Below are positions 9,601 to 19,925 of a stretch of 64,000 nucleotides of DNA, piece after piece. A model generated the notes under the pieces. It saw only the letters and a list, made by a program, of their open reading frames with translations. It made no database searches and was not told the DNA's origin. Source of the DNA: an uncultured cyanobacterium (lineage in GTDB: Bacteria; Cyanobacteriota; Cyanobacteriia; Cyanobacteriales; CAWUOF01); the NCBI GenBank assembly GCA_963744145.1, contig CAVUSO010000001.1, positions 1,120,001-1,184,000 of the forward strand, given 5' to 3'. A program made the translations under genes and the position numbers. Each line of letters begins with the position of its first letter. The first letter of the stretch is position 1.

Positions 9601-11366
9601 AGTTCAGTTTCATTCAGAATCGGAGTTGATAATTTTAGTAAATGTGCAGATTCTGGTTTAGCTTCGAGTAAGTTACCCCGTTTTCCCAATTGCATACTCA
9701 AAGACATTACCATTCCTTCTCTTAAAGGATCGATCGGGGGATTAGTAACTTGAGCAAAACGTTGTTTAAAATAATCATATAGCATATGGGGACGATTAGA
9801 AAGTACCGCTAATGGGATATCATCTCCCATACAGAAAGTCGGTTCTTTACCTGTTGCAGCCATTTCTTCGATTCCCATTTCTAAGTCTTCGAGGGAATAA
9901 CCAAATGCAGTTTCATATTTGAGTAAGAGATCTGGCTCAAATTGAGTTGTCTCTAACATTGCTTGGGGAGAAAGTTCTTGACGATTTTGTTTTAACCATT
10001 CCCCATAAGGTTGTTGGTTAGCAATACGTTGTTTGATTTCCCAGTTTTTAATAATTTCCCCGTTTTCTAGATCGATCGCGATCGCTTGACCTGGACCGAG
10101 ACGACCTTTTTCGATGATATCTGATTCTGCTAGTTCCACTACTCCAGCTTCGGAAGCGACTACAATTAAACCACTGCGAGTCAGACAATAACGAGCTGGT
10201 CGTAACCCATTGCGATCGAGCGCAGCACCAACTTTTAGTCCATCACTAAATACTAGTAGAGCTGGACCATCCCAAGGTTCTTGAATGCCGCTATAATATT
10301 CATAAAAATCAACTATTTCCGGATGATCAGCTAAATCTGGTTGATTTTGATATGCTTCTGGCACCATAATCATGAGTGCTTCTAGGGGACTATGTCCAGA
10401 ACGCACTAAGAGTTCCATCACGTTATCTAGATTAGCTGAGTCGCTATTATGGGAGTTAACGAATGGACGTAGTTCTTGAATTTGATCACCTAATGTCGGA
10501 TGGCTTAGATCAGGTTCACGAGCAACCATCCAGTTAATATTGCCTAAGAGTGTATTAATTTCACCATTATGACCTAACAAACGCATCGGTTGGGCTAAAG
10601 GCCATTTCGGCATGGTGTTGGTGCTAAAACGACGATGATAAATCGCGAAAGTGCTTTGGTAATCAGGGTTAGTTAAATCTAAGTAAAATTCTCCCAAAAT
10701 CGCGGAACGAACCATACCTTTATAAACTATAGTGCGGCTGGAGAATGAACAAATATAAAGGTCAGAGGTGCGGACTTTTTTTTCAATTTGACGACGAAGC
10801 GCAAATAAAGCCCGTTCTAGTTCCTCTCCTTGGACTAGGGCAGAGTAAACTAAAATTTGGCTGATCTGTGGTAGATTTTCTAAAGCTTGAGGACCGAGAA
10901 TTTGCGGTTCAATGGGTACTTTGCGCCAACCTAAAACCTTAAAATTGGCAGCGATCGCGATTTTTTCAATCTCTATTTTAGCTAATGCTGATATTCCTTC
11001 TTCTGGGGAAAGAAAAACCATCCCGACTCCACATTGGGATTTTGCAGGTAGAACAATCCCCGAATCATTAGCCCATGTCTCGAATAATTCCCAAGGAATT
11101 TGGGTCATTAATCCCGCTCCATCTCCGGAGTCTTGATCCGCACTACAAGCACCTCGATGCTCTAAACAAGTTAACGCGGATAAAGCATTAGTCACGATTT
11201 CATGATTTGCTTCTCTATGGATATTGGCAATAAATCCAACCCCACAAGCGTCCCGTTCTTCGACTAACCAGGGTTGTCCTGGATAATTGACATTTATTGG
11301 CGATTCTGTGTTTTGCTTAAGAAAATTATTCATTTTTCCGTTGGTGATAGGTTCGCTGTTATTCAT
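6654..11366 (-). CDS. glsF: Ferredoxin-dependent glutamate synthase (Fd-GOGAT)
   Basis: ERDACGVGF Ntn-amidotransferase start, [11 protein letters not shown] domain [16 protein letters not shown], 3Fe-4[18 protein letters not shown] domain; no gltD follows. Confidence 0.95.
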   Translation of the reverse strand: MNNSEPITNGKMNNFLKQNTESPINVNYPGQPWLVEERDACGVGFIANIHREANHEIVTNALSALTCLEHRGACSADQDSGDGAGLMTQIPWELFETWANDSGIVLPAKSQCGVGMVFLSPEEGISALAKIEIEKIAIAANFKVLGWRKVPIEPQILGPQALENLPQISQILVYSALVQGEELERALFALRRQIEKKVRTSDLYICSFSSRTIVYKGMVRSAILGEFYLDLTNPDYQSTFAIYHRRFSTNTMPKWPLAQPMRLLGHNGEINTLLGNINWMVAREPDLSHPTLGDQIQELRPFVNSHNSDSANLDNVMELLVRSGHSPLEALMIMVPEAYQNQPDLADHPEIVDFYEYYSGIQEPWDGPALLVFSDGLKVGAALDRNGLRPARYCLTRSGLIVVASEAGVVELAESDIIEKGRLGPGQAIAIDLENGEIIKNWEIKQRIANQQPYGEWLKQNRQELSPQAMLETTQFEPDLLLKYETAFGYSLEDLEMGIEEMAATGKEPTFCMGDDIPLAVLSNRPHMLYDYFKQRFAQVTNPPIDPLREGMVMSLSMQLGKRGNLLEAKPESAHLLKLSTPILNETELATITQSDHQNSATLSTLVAIGSGPDGLESAVIELCQAVDDAVKAGKTIIILSDRAEGKSIDSEYTYIPPLLAVGAVHHHLIREGLRMKASLVVDTAQCWNTHHFACLIGYGASAVCPYLAWEIVRHWWKNSKTQMNMQRGKIPTMTMTVVQAKYRKAIEDGLLKILSKMGISLLSSYQGAQIFEAIGIGADLLALGFYGTASRIGGITVHELAQEVMSFHSRAYPELTNKKLENFGFVQYRPGGEYHMNSPEMAKALHKAVAILKIESVKDNNGDEVGEGDEKNGFDYYHLYQKYLMERPVTALRDLLDFASDRTSIPISSVEPVAEIMKRFCTGGMSLGALSREAHENLAIAMNRIGGKSNSGEGGEDPIRYGVLDDVDESGNSPQFPHLKGLQNGDTASSVIKQVASGRFGVTPEYLINAGQVEIKMAQGAKPGEGGQLPGTKVSPYIAMLRRSKPGVTLISPPPHHDIYSIEDLAQLIFDLHQINPNAGVSVKLVAEVGIGTIAAGVAKANADIIQISGHDGGTGASPLSSIKHAGSPWELGLTEVHRVLMENNLRDRVLLRVDGGFKTGWDVVMGALMGGEEYGFGSIAMIAEGCIMARICHTNNCPVGVASQQEHLRKRFPGTPAHVVNFFYFVAEEIRSILAHLGYRSLSEIIGRADLLTVRNNVQLTKSQTLNLDAITKLPDTSVDRSWLQHESVHSNGPVLDDQLLQDPEITTAIHQQSTVTKSMTVINTDRTVGARLAGAIAKEYGNSGFTGQITLNFTGSAGQSFGAFNLPGMTLILVGEANDYVGKGMHGGEIIIKASGDATFDPARNVIVGNTCLYGATGGSLFVNGQAGERFAVRNSNSVAVIEGAGDHCCEYMTGGTIVVLGKVGRNVGAGMTGGLAYFLDEDGNFAAHVNQEIVKIQRVIAPVGQKQLQELISAHVERTGSQKAQTILANWSEYLPKFYQVVPPSEVDTPEVNPNVSIAEKIAVGA

Positions 11367-11603
11367 CTGATGCTCGCTGCTAGGTTGATTATTGGGTATA
11401 TTTTCGGGTAATCAACTATATCGCTTTTATGGCAAAAATTAAACCTGCAAGTTTAACTCTAAAATATAATAATAAGTCCTGTCCGATTATAGCAGGTTGG
11501 CTTGACGGCGATCGCCAAAATTTGGGATAGGGGTTTTCGGCAAGAAACATCGCCAAAATTTGTGTGGATCTAATTCAATGAGTATAAATACTTAAACAGA
11601 TCA

Positions 11604-13658
11604 ATGTCAAAAATCAAGACTTATAGGAAAATTGGATCTAAGATCGATATTAGCAAATTTTGGCAACAAATTTTTCTCGGATTGACAATTGGTCAAGTGA
11701 TGGGGGGACAAGCGATTGCCTTAGTAGGAGTAGCACTAATCCCACCGTTAATTTTGGCACAACCTCCACTTTTAAAACCACCTCAATCACTAGGTCAAGG
11801 TAGTGTAGTTATTGTCAATGGTAAGAGTTTTTCTGTGGCTTGGAGTCAGTGGAAAATCGATGATGTCGGGGGAATTCACACAGGTATTGCTGATGTTGGA
11901 TTATTAAAAATAATTGGGATCGATTTGTTAAGTAATGATGACATTTACCAACAACCAATTCAGTGGTTTTCTGGTGATGAATCGATGACTCTTTCCGCTT
12001 CGTTGGATGGACAATATCGTTATTTAGATATTACGGATTTAGCCAAAACCTCTGGTTGGGAGGTAGGAGTAGATGGGACAAGTCTTCGCATTAATTCTCC
12101 TGTTACCAATCTCCAGGATCTGCAATCGGTCAAAGAAGCTTGGGGACAGCGAATTATGGTGGATCTTGATCGACCTACACCTTGGCAAATTAATTTTTTA
12201 GGCTCATCAGTACCACCAAAATCTCCCCATCAACCTCAAGCTACTACCGCAACAAATCAAGCAAGAACTGTTGATGATGAGTCGAAACCAAATCAACAAC
12301 TCAATGAAGTAAAAAGTGATTTATGGGCGATCGCGATCGATGCTCAAATAAATCCTCCTCTATTAAAACGTTTCCCCCCAATCCCAACCGAAGAAAATCC
12401 TAGTAAAAAAATCAATCAAAATTATCTAGATTTAAGCCAAAATAATCCAGCAAAAATTCCCAATTTACCACTACTTAAACCGACAGAAATACCAGTCTTG
12501 CGATCGCTGTCTTTACAAAGTTCTCCTCATCAAACTACCATACGGATTGCCCTTCCCCCCGCATGGCATCCCCAGGTTCATACCTTAACTAATCCGAACC
12601 GTTTAGTCATTGATATTCGACCGGATGATCTGGTTGAGAAAAACATTTTTTGGGCACCAGGATTGCATTGGCGACAAAATTATCTTAGTCTAAATAATCA
12701 AGATCGATTTGCCGTAATCTGGCTAGAAATAGATCCTCATCAACCAGGAATTAGCTTAAAACCAATTTGGAGTAAACCGACCACCATGATCGGCACTTTA
12801 CCACTTATTCAAATCGCTCATCAGTGGCAAGCGATCGCAGCCATTAATGGTGGTTTCTTTAATCGCAATAGTCAACAACCATTAGGAGCACTCCGTCGCG
12901 ATCGGATTTGGTTATCAAGTCCAATTTTAAATCGAGGTGCGATCGCTTGGAATGATCAAGGTGAATTTACCATCGATCGTCTTACCCTCCAAGAAACTTT
13001 AATCAACTCATCGGGCACAAAAATTCCGGTAATATCTCTCAATAGTGCTTATGCTCAAAACGGAATCAGTCGTTACACCCCTGCTTGGGGTACAACCTAC
13101 ACACCAATTACCAATCATGAAACTATCCTATCCGTCGAAAATGATCGAGTAATCAGTGAGCAATTTGGTGGAGAGATGGATCAAAAATCTTTTCCCATTC
13201 CCCTGAATGGTTATTTATTAATATGGCGAGGGAAAGATAAAACTAATGGCTTGAGTATTGGTACTCGCTTGAATTTGACATCGATGTCCATTCCTGCCAA
13301 TTTTAGCCGTTATCCCCATATATTAGGAGCAGGACCTCTGTTGGTGAAAAATGGTAAAATTGTTTTAGACGCTAAAGCAGAAAATTTTAATGATGCTTAT
13401 GTACGTCAAACAGCAGTTCGGAGTGGAATTGGTAAAAAAGCAGATGGAACTATCCTAATTGTCGCAGCTCATAATCGTCCCAATGGAGCAGCTCCTACTT
13501 TTGCCGAAATGGCACAAATTATGCAAAATTTAGGAGCGGTTGAAGCTTTGAATCTGGATGGTGGTAGTTCAACTAGCTTAGATTTAGGCGGACAATTAAT
13601 CAATCGACCTAGTGCCGCACGGGTACATAATGGTATAGGAGTTTTTTTTCAGCCGTAA
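11604..13658 (+). CDS. Phosphodiester glycosidase (NAGPA/DUF2233) family protein
   Basis: AAINGGFF, GAGPLLV, ALNLDGGSST, VHNGIGVF. Confidence 0.88.
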   Translation: MSKIKTYRKIGSKIDISKFWQQIFLGLTIGQVMGGQAIALVGVALIPPLILAQPPLLKPPQSLGQGSVVIVNGKSFSVAWSQWKIDDVGGIHTGIADVGLLKIIGIDLLSNDDIYQQPIQWFSGDESMTLSASLDGQYRYLDITDLAKTSGWEVGVDGTSLRINSPVTNLQDLQSVKEAWGQRIMVDLDRPTPWQINFLGSSVPPKSPHQPQATTATNQARTVDDESKPNQQLNEVKSDLWAIAIDAQINPPLLKRFPPIPTEENPSKKINQNYLDLSQNNPAKIPNLPLLKPTEIPVLRSLSLQSSPHQTTIRIALPPAWHPQVHTLTNPNRLVIDIRPDDLVEKNIFWAPGLHWRQNYLSLNNQDRFAVIWLEIDPHQPGISLKPIWSKPTTMIGTLPLIQIAHQWQAIAAINGGFFNRNSQQPLGALRRDRIWLSSPILNRGAIAWNDQGEFTIDRLTLQETLINSSGTKIPVISLNSAYAQNGISRYTPAWGTTYTPITNHETILSVENDRVISEQFGGEMDQKSFPIPLNGYLLIWRGKDKTNGLSIGTRLNLTSMSIPANFSRYPHILGAGPLLVKNGKIVLDAKAENFNDAYVRQTAVRSGIGKKADGTILIVAAHNRPNGAAPTFAEMAQIMQNLGAVEALNLDGGSSTSLDLGGQLINRPSAARVHNGIGVFFQP

Positions 13659-13829
13659 AAATAGATTTCTCTTAAAATTAAAGCTTTCATAAAGCAGAAA
13701 TTAAGAAGATAAAAAATTAATGTAAATTATCTCAATTTCCTAATTTAGGGATGACGATTGCTGGGGTGGATTTGGTATGGTTAAGATTAGATGACAAAAA
13801 AATGTGTCTATTCTTAAAGAGATCCTATC

Positions 13830-14246
13830 ATGGCTAAAACTCAAGAAATTACTACCGTTCCCGGACTAGCTAATCCCGCGATCGCGACCAACTCAATTGC
13901 AGCAACAGAATTGCGTCCTTGGGGAGCTTTTACTGTTCTAGAAGAAGCACGGGGCTATAAAATTAAACGAATCGAGGTAAAACCGGGTCACAGACTGAGC
14001 TTACAAATGCACCATCATCGGAGTGAACATTGGGTGGTGGTATCAGGAACAGCTAAGGTTACTTGTGGTGAAAAAGAGTTAATTTTATTTAGCAATCAAT
14101 CTACTTATGTTCCTCAATGCACAACTCACCGTTTAGAAAATCCTGGTGTAATTCCTTTGATTTTGATTGAAGTTCAAAACGGAGAATATCTAGGTGAAGA
14201 TGATATAGTTCGTTTTCAAGATGACTACGCTCGCAACAAGTCCTAA
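13830..14246 (+). CDS. Cupin, mannose-6-phosphate isomerase type II C-terminal domain
   Basis: RPWG, LSLQMHHHRSEHWVVVSG, EVQNGEYLGEDDIVRF. Confidence 0.92.
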   Translation: MAKTQEITTVPGLANPAIATNSIAATELRPWGAFTVLEEARGYKIKRIEVKPGHRLSLQMHHHRSEHWVVVSGTAKVTCGEKELILFSNQSTYVPQCTTHRLENPGVIPLILIEVQNGEYLGEDDIVRFQDDYARNKS

Positions 14247-14279
14247 TTTACCATTAACTCTCACGGTAAGCGGATCAAA

Positions 14280-14420
14280 CAATATGGTTTAGTTAAGATA
14301 TTAGGGTCAGCGGACAGACCAGATGTCTGTCCCACAAGAGTCTTTTTTGGTTGTGGGACAGATGATTAACAAGTCCCAAACCTTTCTTCCCACTCCTTAA
14401 TCTTAACCAAATCTTAATTG
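14280..14420. mobile_element. Degenerate MITE with ~18-bp terminal inverted repeats enclosing a REP module
   Basis: Left CAATATGGTTTAGTTAAG, right CTTAACCAAATCTTAATTG; a cleaner right end CTTAACTGAACCGTATTA is at 27345-27362; no TSD seen. Confidence 0.5.
14312..14393. repeat. 82-bp REP-containing direct repeat, copy 1
   Basis: 76/82 identical to 15156-15237; contains the GGACAGACCAGATGTCTGTCC hairpin. Confidence 0.9.
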
Positions 14421-14469
14421 ACCTTCCTGATAGGTGATCCGATCGCTCCCTAGGAATCACGTCCCGATA

Positions 14470-14781
14470 TTATTCTTTTTCCAGATTTTGAAAGGTCGGA
14501 TCAACAGGTTGAAGATATCTTGCAATTTCTTCATTCGTAGCACTCACTCCATTTTGCCAAAGTTCATATTCACTAATATCAACATCATCATTCCAGACTA
14601 GAGCATAGCCATGAGGTTCAATGCTGAAATTTCTAAAGAAAACAGGATTGTGTAATATTGAAAACGTTGGATTATTTAACAATCTAGAAGCGTCATATTT
14701 CTTAACTTCATGATTGGTAAATTTAACTATTAGGGTTTTATTGTCAATAGCTTTAGCAAAAATAATTCGCTCAGGTTTCAT
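14470..14781 (-). CDS. DUF2442 family protein (TA-module partner)
   Basis: LIVKFTNHEVKKYD...HGYALVWNDDVDISEYELW; downstream of DUF4160. Confidence 0.85.
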   Translation of the reverse strand: MKPERIIFAKAIDNKTLIVKFTNHEVKKYDASRLLNNPTFSILHNPVFFRNFSIEPHGYALVWNDDVDISEYELWQNGVSATNEEIARYLQPVDPTFQNLEKE

Positions 14782-14796
14782 AAAGAAAAATCCCAG

Positions 14797-15045
14797 TTAT
14801 TTCAATGGTGGAAGTTTACTGAATTCTTGAGTATTCCACATATTTAAAAGTTCTTTTTGGTACAACGTAGCCCATTCAATTACTAGTTTCTCAGCTCGAT
14901 TTGGTAAATCTCCTTCGATAATTTCTAACAACTCGATACCTATTAAAGCATTATATTCCCCATAAATTGCATGAATATGAGGGGGTGAATGATCTCCAAA
15001 GAAAATTTTGATGGTTATACCGTAAAATCTGGTAATTTCTGGCAT
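14797..15045 (-). CDS. DUF4160 family protein (putative TA toxin)
   Basis: MPEITRFYGITIKIFFGDHSPPHIHAIYGEY...EWATLYQKELLNMW. Confidence 0.9.
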   Translation of the reverse strand: MPEITRFYGITIKIFFGDHSPPHIHAIYGEYNALIGIELLEIIEGDLPNRAEKLVIEWATLYQKELLNMWNTQEFSKLPPLK

Positions 15046-15155
15046 AATACTTTCAAAAGTTGTAACATTAAAATATTATATCTTATTTTACAATACTTCG
15101 GACACTTTTACCGCCGAGAAAAGGCAAGTAAAACTGAGCCAGGTAAAAATAACTA

Positions 15156-15237
15156 GGACAGACAAGATGTCTGTCCCACCAGAGTCTTTTTTGGTTGTGG
15201 GACAGGCTATTAACAAGTCCCAAACCTTTCTTCTCAC
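15156..15237. repeat. 82-bp REP-containing direct repeat, copy 2
   Basis: 76/82 identical to 14312-14393; abuts the GT39 stop codon. Confidence 0.9.
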
Positions 15238-16890
15238 CTAATTTTCTCTCAAAAAACAGTGATATAGCTGATAAGAAATGCCCACATTATGATATTCTGA
15301 ATCATCTCTGTGGCAAGACATTAGCTCAGAAAACCACAATTGAGAGGGATATTCAGATTTGGGCAAACTAGGAGCAACAATCCAGAGATTAAGAGCAGGT
15401 GCAGCAATAGGGGGCATTTGCTCTAATTTTTCCCAAACAGATTGATAACCTTTAGTCCGGTATAAAAAACTAAAAGAAACTGTCGGATTATCTTTATACA
15501 CCTCTAGCGCAAAACTTATTCCTAATGCTACACCCTGTAAATTATTATATCCTACTACCGTCACCACTGGTAGCGATCGCTCGCGGTTAATATCTGTAGC
15601 TACTTCTTGGGGATGAAAAGGTTTTTTAAATACTAAATCTGTCCCGACAAATATACAGCTAATTATCCCAACTAAGATAATTATCAATAGTTTCTGGAGG
15701 TTTTTATGAGCCAGACTTGCTCCAATTAGACTGCACATTCCTGGATAATAAACAAAATTATAGCGGGGAGCAAGGGTAAGATCTTGACCGAATAAATAGA
15801 TAATTCCTCCAAATTCTAACCAAATAAATAAAATAAAATTATGCAGGGTTTTAACAGCTAAATTATCAGCAGAATTGCGCCAAATTTTTTGCAGACCTTG
15901 ATAGACTTGCCGTCCGAACCAAATCGCAAATATAATCATTAATAAACCAGCAGGAACTTTAATCCAAATCGGTTGTTTTTCTACTGGTAAAGTAACTACC
16001 ATAATGACCCAACTTGCTAGAGTTTGGTAGAGTGGTGCGATCGGATTAACCAGTTTTAGCCAATCATTAACTGAGCGACTAGAAGTATTTTGGAATTGAG
16101 CTAACCAGGGTATAAAAATCGCGATCGGTAACAATAAAAGATATCCTAATTTGAGATTTAAAGGAGAAAACCATAATTTTAATTGTCCTGGAAAATTCGG
16201 AGATTTTATTGTCCCAATCATCGTACTAATTTGGGCGATTAAGGCAATAATAAAAAAGTAATGTATATAGAGACCAAAACTATTAATCGCGATCCAAGTA
16301 ACCCAAATAAAAGGGCGTAATTGTTGGCGATCGCGAAGGTCTTGTTGCATTTGGATGAGTAATAGTAAGGCTAAAGTAATCAGAAAAATTGGTAAAGTAT
16401 AATGACGAGCTTCCTGGGAAAGATATACAGCAAAAGGAGAAACAGCCATTAGTGCAGCAGCAATTAACCCCGCATTGACAGAAAAAGTCAGTCGATTTAA
16501 GTAATAAACAGCCAGAATTGCAGCTACTCCAAATAAAGCAGATAGCGATCGCAATTTCCAAGCTAAGGATAACTGGAACTGATTGAGCCAAACTAACCAT
16601 CCATGTAATAAACAGAAAAATAGAGGAGGATGGGTAGATTGAGTAGCGACTATATGAGCAATTTGGGGACAACTTATTTGGGGATTTAGGGTAAAAATTT
16701 GTGCTAATTTAGATAAGGGAAAAATGACTTCTAATGGGATATCATCATAACTACGTCCTAAGCTAAATAGAGCTGTAATCACTTCATCTTGCCAAAGAGG
16801 TTTAATATCTAAATTCCAGAACCGCAGCAAAACCCCAAGGGCGATCGTGATAGTTAATACTAGATAATGTAACCAAATCTTTCGTTGCAA
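15238..16890 (-). CDS. GT39/PMT-like membrane glycosyltransferase
   Basis: LRFWNLDIKPLWQDE, STHPPLFF, LSQEARHYTL; many TM segments. Confidence 0.88.
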   Translation of the reverse strand: MQRKIWLHYLVLTITIALGVLLRFWNLDIKPLWQDEVITALFSLGRSYDDIPLEVIFPLSKLAQIFTLNPQISCPQIAHIVATQSTHPPLFFCLLHGWLVWLNQFQLSLAWKLRSLSALFGVAAILAVYYLNRLTFSVNAGLIAAALMAVSPFAVYLSQEARHYTLPIFLITLALLLLIQMQQDLRDRQQLRPFIWVTWIAINSFGLYIHYFFIIALIAQISTMIGTIKSPNFPGQLKLWFSPLNLKLGYLLLLPIAIFIPWLAQFQNTSSRSVNDWLKLVNPIAPLYQTLASWVIMVVTLPVEKQPIWIKVPAGLLMIIFAIWFGRQVYQGLQKIWRNSADNLAVKTLHNFILFIWLEFGGIIYLFGQDLTLAPRYNFVYYPGMCSLIGASLAHKNLQKLLIIILVGIISCIFVGTDLVFKKPFHPQEVATDINRERSLPVVTVVGYNNLQGVALGISFALEVYKDNPTVSFSFLYRTKGYQSVWEKLEQMPPIAAPALNLWIVAPSLPKSEYPSQLWFSELMSCHRDDSEYHNVGISYQLYHCFLREN

Positions 16891-17005
16891 TGAAAATACC
16901 TTTTGCTCATCAATTTACCAAGAGATCGATATTTAATTGAATCTCTAGTCAATTATGCCATGCTATAGGTAAAATTCACCATGCAATCAGAATTAGTATA
17001 ATTGA

Positions 17006-18356
17006 TTAAGAAATTGATTTACCCAAAAAGCTATTCAATTTTTCCACTAACCATTCTTTTTCTAGTTCTGTCAGCATATAGCCAAATCGATGTGATCGCA
17101 CTCCTTCCACCAGAGTACAAATCATCACTGGATGTTTATTCAGATTATAATCCTCATTAAGTTCAATCCGCTCAATATTTTGGGTTTCTCCCTTGACACT
17201 CCATGATAAACCAAATAATCGCCATTGTAACCGAAAGGAAACTGGACCAATTTCCAAATAATTACTACTAGCTATCCTCAAACAAGTCCCTACTAATATA
17301 TTGATTCCAGCTAACCCAAAAGGAATTGAAAAAACTGGAAAAATCCAGGGAGCCCCAGACGTGATCGCCAAATAAGTCCAAAACAAAACGAACAGATTCC
17401 AAAAAATCGTAACACATGCCAAAGATAAATTATCTGCTCGTAATCCTCCTGGGGGAATAGTAACTGCTAAACGATTTCTTGCTTGAGTAATAACAATACG
17501 ACTACCTGATGGTTTTTTCCGTTTGGTGAGCGGATAAATTTGGACGCGATCGCCCCGCAAAAACGCTAAAGCTTCTGCTGCTGAAGCAAATCGATCCTCA
17601 ATCATCGGTTCAATAATCTTTTCTAACCATTCGGCAAAATCCTTGGAAATATGCACTTGAGAACGAAAATTTACCTTTAAACGTTGTTGAGGTAAATCTG
17701 TCAGCGATCGATGGGTGAGCAAAAATATTAAAGTTGCACCTAAACCATATAAATCTGTACCGGGAAATGCTTGACCACGAAATTGTTCTGGTGCCATATA
17801 ACCATAAGTTCCGACTACCGTACTACCACCCATAATCGTCTGACGATAAGTATCTGTAACTGCACCAAAATCAACTAAAAATATTTGTCCATCGTCACAA
17901 CGGATGATATTTTGCGGTTTAATATCGCGATGAATTACAGGTGGGATGAGCTGATGTAAATAATTAAGCACCTCTAAAATTTGAGTAGCTATTTGTTTTA
18001 TTTCTACTTCTGTTGGGTGCCAATTTTTCTCTACTAAAGTTGCTAAAGATTTACCTGGTGCTAATTCTTGAGCTAAATAAAAGTAACGATCAGTGGGTGT
18101 GTCTATTTGCACATAATCCAAATATTTAGGAATAGCTGGATGATTTAACTGAGACAGAATTTGTGCTTCTCGTTCAAATAATTCAAGTGCTTTCCAGTTA
18201 GTTATTCGTCGGAGAGATAATTCTTTGAGAGCTAAATTAGCATGAGTTTGGAGAATCTTCAACTTGATAAGTAATCCCAATACCTCCCTGTCCCAAAGGT
18301 TGAATAATCCGATAGCGATCGGCAATTATTTCTCCTGATTGACGTGATGTTTCCAT
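17006..18356 (-). CDS. Ser/Thr protein kinase with C-terminal TM domain; +1 frameshift at 18252-18258
   Basis: ATG 18356 gives METSRQSGEIIADRYRIIQPLGQGGIGITYQVED (Gly loop); removing one base joins LQTHANLALKEL...HRDIKPQN...DFG...GYMAPE; span 1351 = 3n+1. Confidence 0.88.
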
Positions 18357-18409
18357 ATTGTTGTTTTTGCCAAAATCAAAAAAAAGGAAATGGGAGAATA
18401 TGGAGTTGA

Positions 18410-19459
18410 TTATTGAGGATGGTTTTCATCACTAGAGGATGAAATCAACTCTTTCCGACCCGGAAGAGATAGTTGGATTTTGTTTCTTTTATAAAGAAAA
18501 AATATTCCCCATCCTAGTAATAAAAATGGACTAAAAGCAAATAACCAAATACTTAACTCTACCAGACTATAGCTAATTTCAGTTATAGTTTTAGATGCTT
18601 TACCCCAGGTTTCTTGTATTCGTAAACCTAACGATGGACTAGATGGATTAGGAGGAGGTGAAGCAGGTATGGGTGATGAGAGAGTTAAATTAATGATCGA
18701 ATAAGCGACTTGAGTTTTCAAGCTTTTTTGTTGAGCATCAATACGTTCGATCGACTCGCGAATATTAGTTAATTCCTGAGATACTCGGAGAACCTCACTA
18801 ATAGAACCGGAACGCTCCATAATTTTTAAAGTCATTTCTTCTGCTTTGTGCAGATTTCGCAACCGAGCTTCATTATCAACTAACTGAGTAGAAACATCTT
18901 CAGCGGTGAGAGAACGATTTTCGATTGTACCTAATTGAATTAAGCTATTTAAAGTTGTGTCTAATCTTTCTTGAGGAACCTGAATTTTCATTGAGGTTCG
19001 ATGACGAACTGTTGGATCTAAAGGGTTACTATCTTGGAATCCTAAAATATCTCCTTGTTCTTGTCGAACAATAACCGAAATTGCCTTCATGCTATCATCA
19101 ATTGAAGTTACAATCAATGATAAATCTGCTATTTTAATTAATTGGGGGAGCGATGGTTTACCCTGAGCCTTGCCCTGAGCGAAGTCGAAGGGGGAGTCGA
19201 AGGGCTGTTCTTGGGCTGGTGCTGGGGCTGATTCCGGTAAATTAGCCGATTTGGCTGGTTTACCCATTGCGTCAGCAGATTTAGCCGCTGATTTAGCCAT
19301 TATGTCAGGTTTAGCGGCACTTGGAGCCATCATTTCTGAGCGATTAGCAGCACTACAACTTGACAAAGCGATCGCTGGTAAAATTCCCATCAGCAATACC
19401 AGGTGAAAACCTCTCGTCTGAGTTGGTTTGAGGAATTTAGTTTGATTTAATATTTTCAT
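18410..19459 (-). CDS. DUF4349 family lipoprotein with a 16-aa repeat-derived insertion
   Basis: Lipobox ALSSC, QLIKIADLSL, AEDVSTQLVDNEARLRNL, C-terminal TM. Confidence 0.88.
   Translation of the reverse strand: MKILNQTKFLKPTQTRGFHLVLLMGILPAIALSSCSAANRSEMMAPSAAKPDIMAKSAAKSADAMGKPAKSANLPESAPAPAQEQPFDSPFDFAQGKAQGKPSLPQLIKIADLSLIVTSIDDSMKAISVIVRQEQGDILGFQDSNPLDPTVRHRTSMKIQVPQERLDTTLNSLIQLGTIENRSLTAEDVSTQLVDNEARLRNLHKAEEMTLKIMERSGSISEVLRVSQELTNIRESIERIDAQQKSLKTQVAYSIINLTLSSPIPASPPPNPSSPSLGLRIQETWGKASKTITEISYSLVELSIWLFAFSPFLLLGWGIFFLYKRNKIQLSLPGRKELISSSSDENHPQ
19157..19204. repeat. Two nested 24-nt SDR-like elements, in frame
   Basis: TTTACCCTGAGC[CTTGCCCTGAGCGAAGTCGAAGGG]GGAGTCGAAGGG encodes PFDS[PFDFAQGK]AQGK. 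Confidence 0.9.
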
Positions 19460-19521
19460 AATTTTTGGTAAAAATAAAAGAAGTGAAAATTATCTATATA
19501 GCGTATGACTGTTTTATAAAG

Positions 19522-19925
19522 TATAGCAGTGTTGTCTGTGAGATCAGATGGGGTCGTTCATCAAGGTGATCTGTGAGCAGGGCGGGTTCATCAATACCTC
19601 GACTGCGCTCGGCACAAGGGTTATTTGTGTGTAACAAATTAATCGGTGAACCCGCCCCTACAGGTGATCAAAATGTTCGGATCTTGTATGATTTACCAAA
19701 AAAATCTGAAATTCAAGATTAAACTAGATCATAAAAATATATTGTCAATGAATTTATGATCACAATTAACCAGGATTTGTAGGGGCGGGTTCACCAATTA
19801 ATTCTGACACAAATAGATCAACATGATAAACCCGCCCAACCAACACAGATCAATCACAATTGACTTTAACTTTAACTGACCAATTTATCGGACAGGCAAG
19901 ATGCCTGTCCCACAAATCCGCTATA
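19522..19925. mobile_element. REP-rich composite MITE, copy A
   Basis: Ends TATAGC...GCTATA; internal GGGCGGGTTCA/TGAACCCGCCCCTAC pairs; one 24-nt SDR at 19595-19618; homologous to 30555-30979 and 37949-38320. Confidence 0.85.

Noticed and set aside
19860..19925. N-terminal extension of the helicase ORF
   Set aside because: Lies wholly within MITE copy A.
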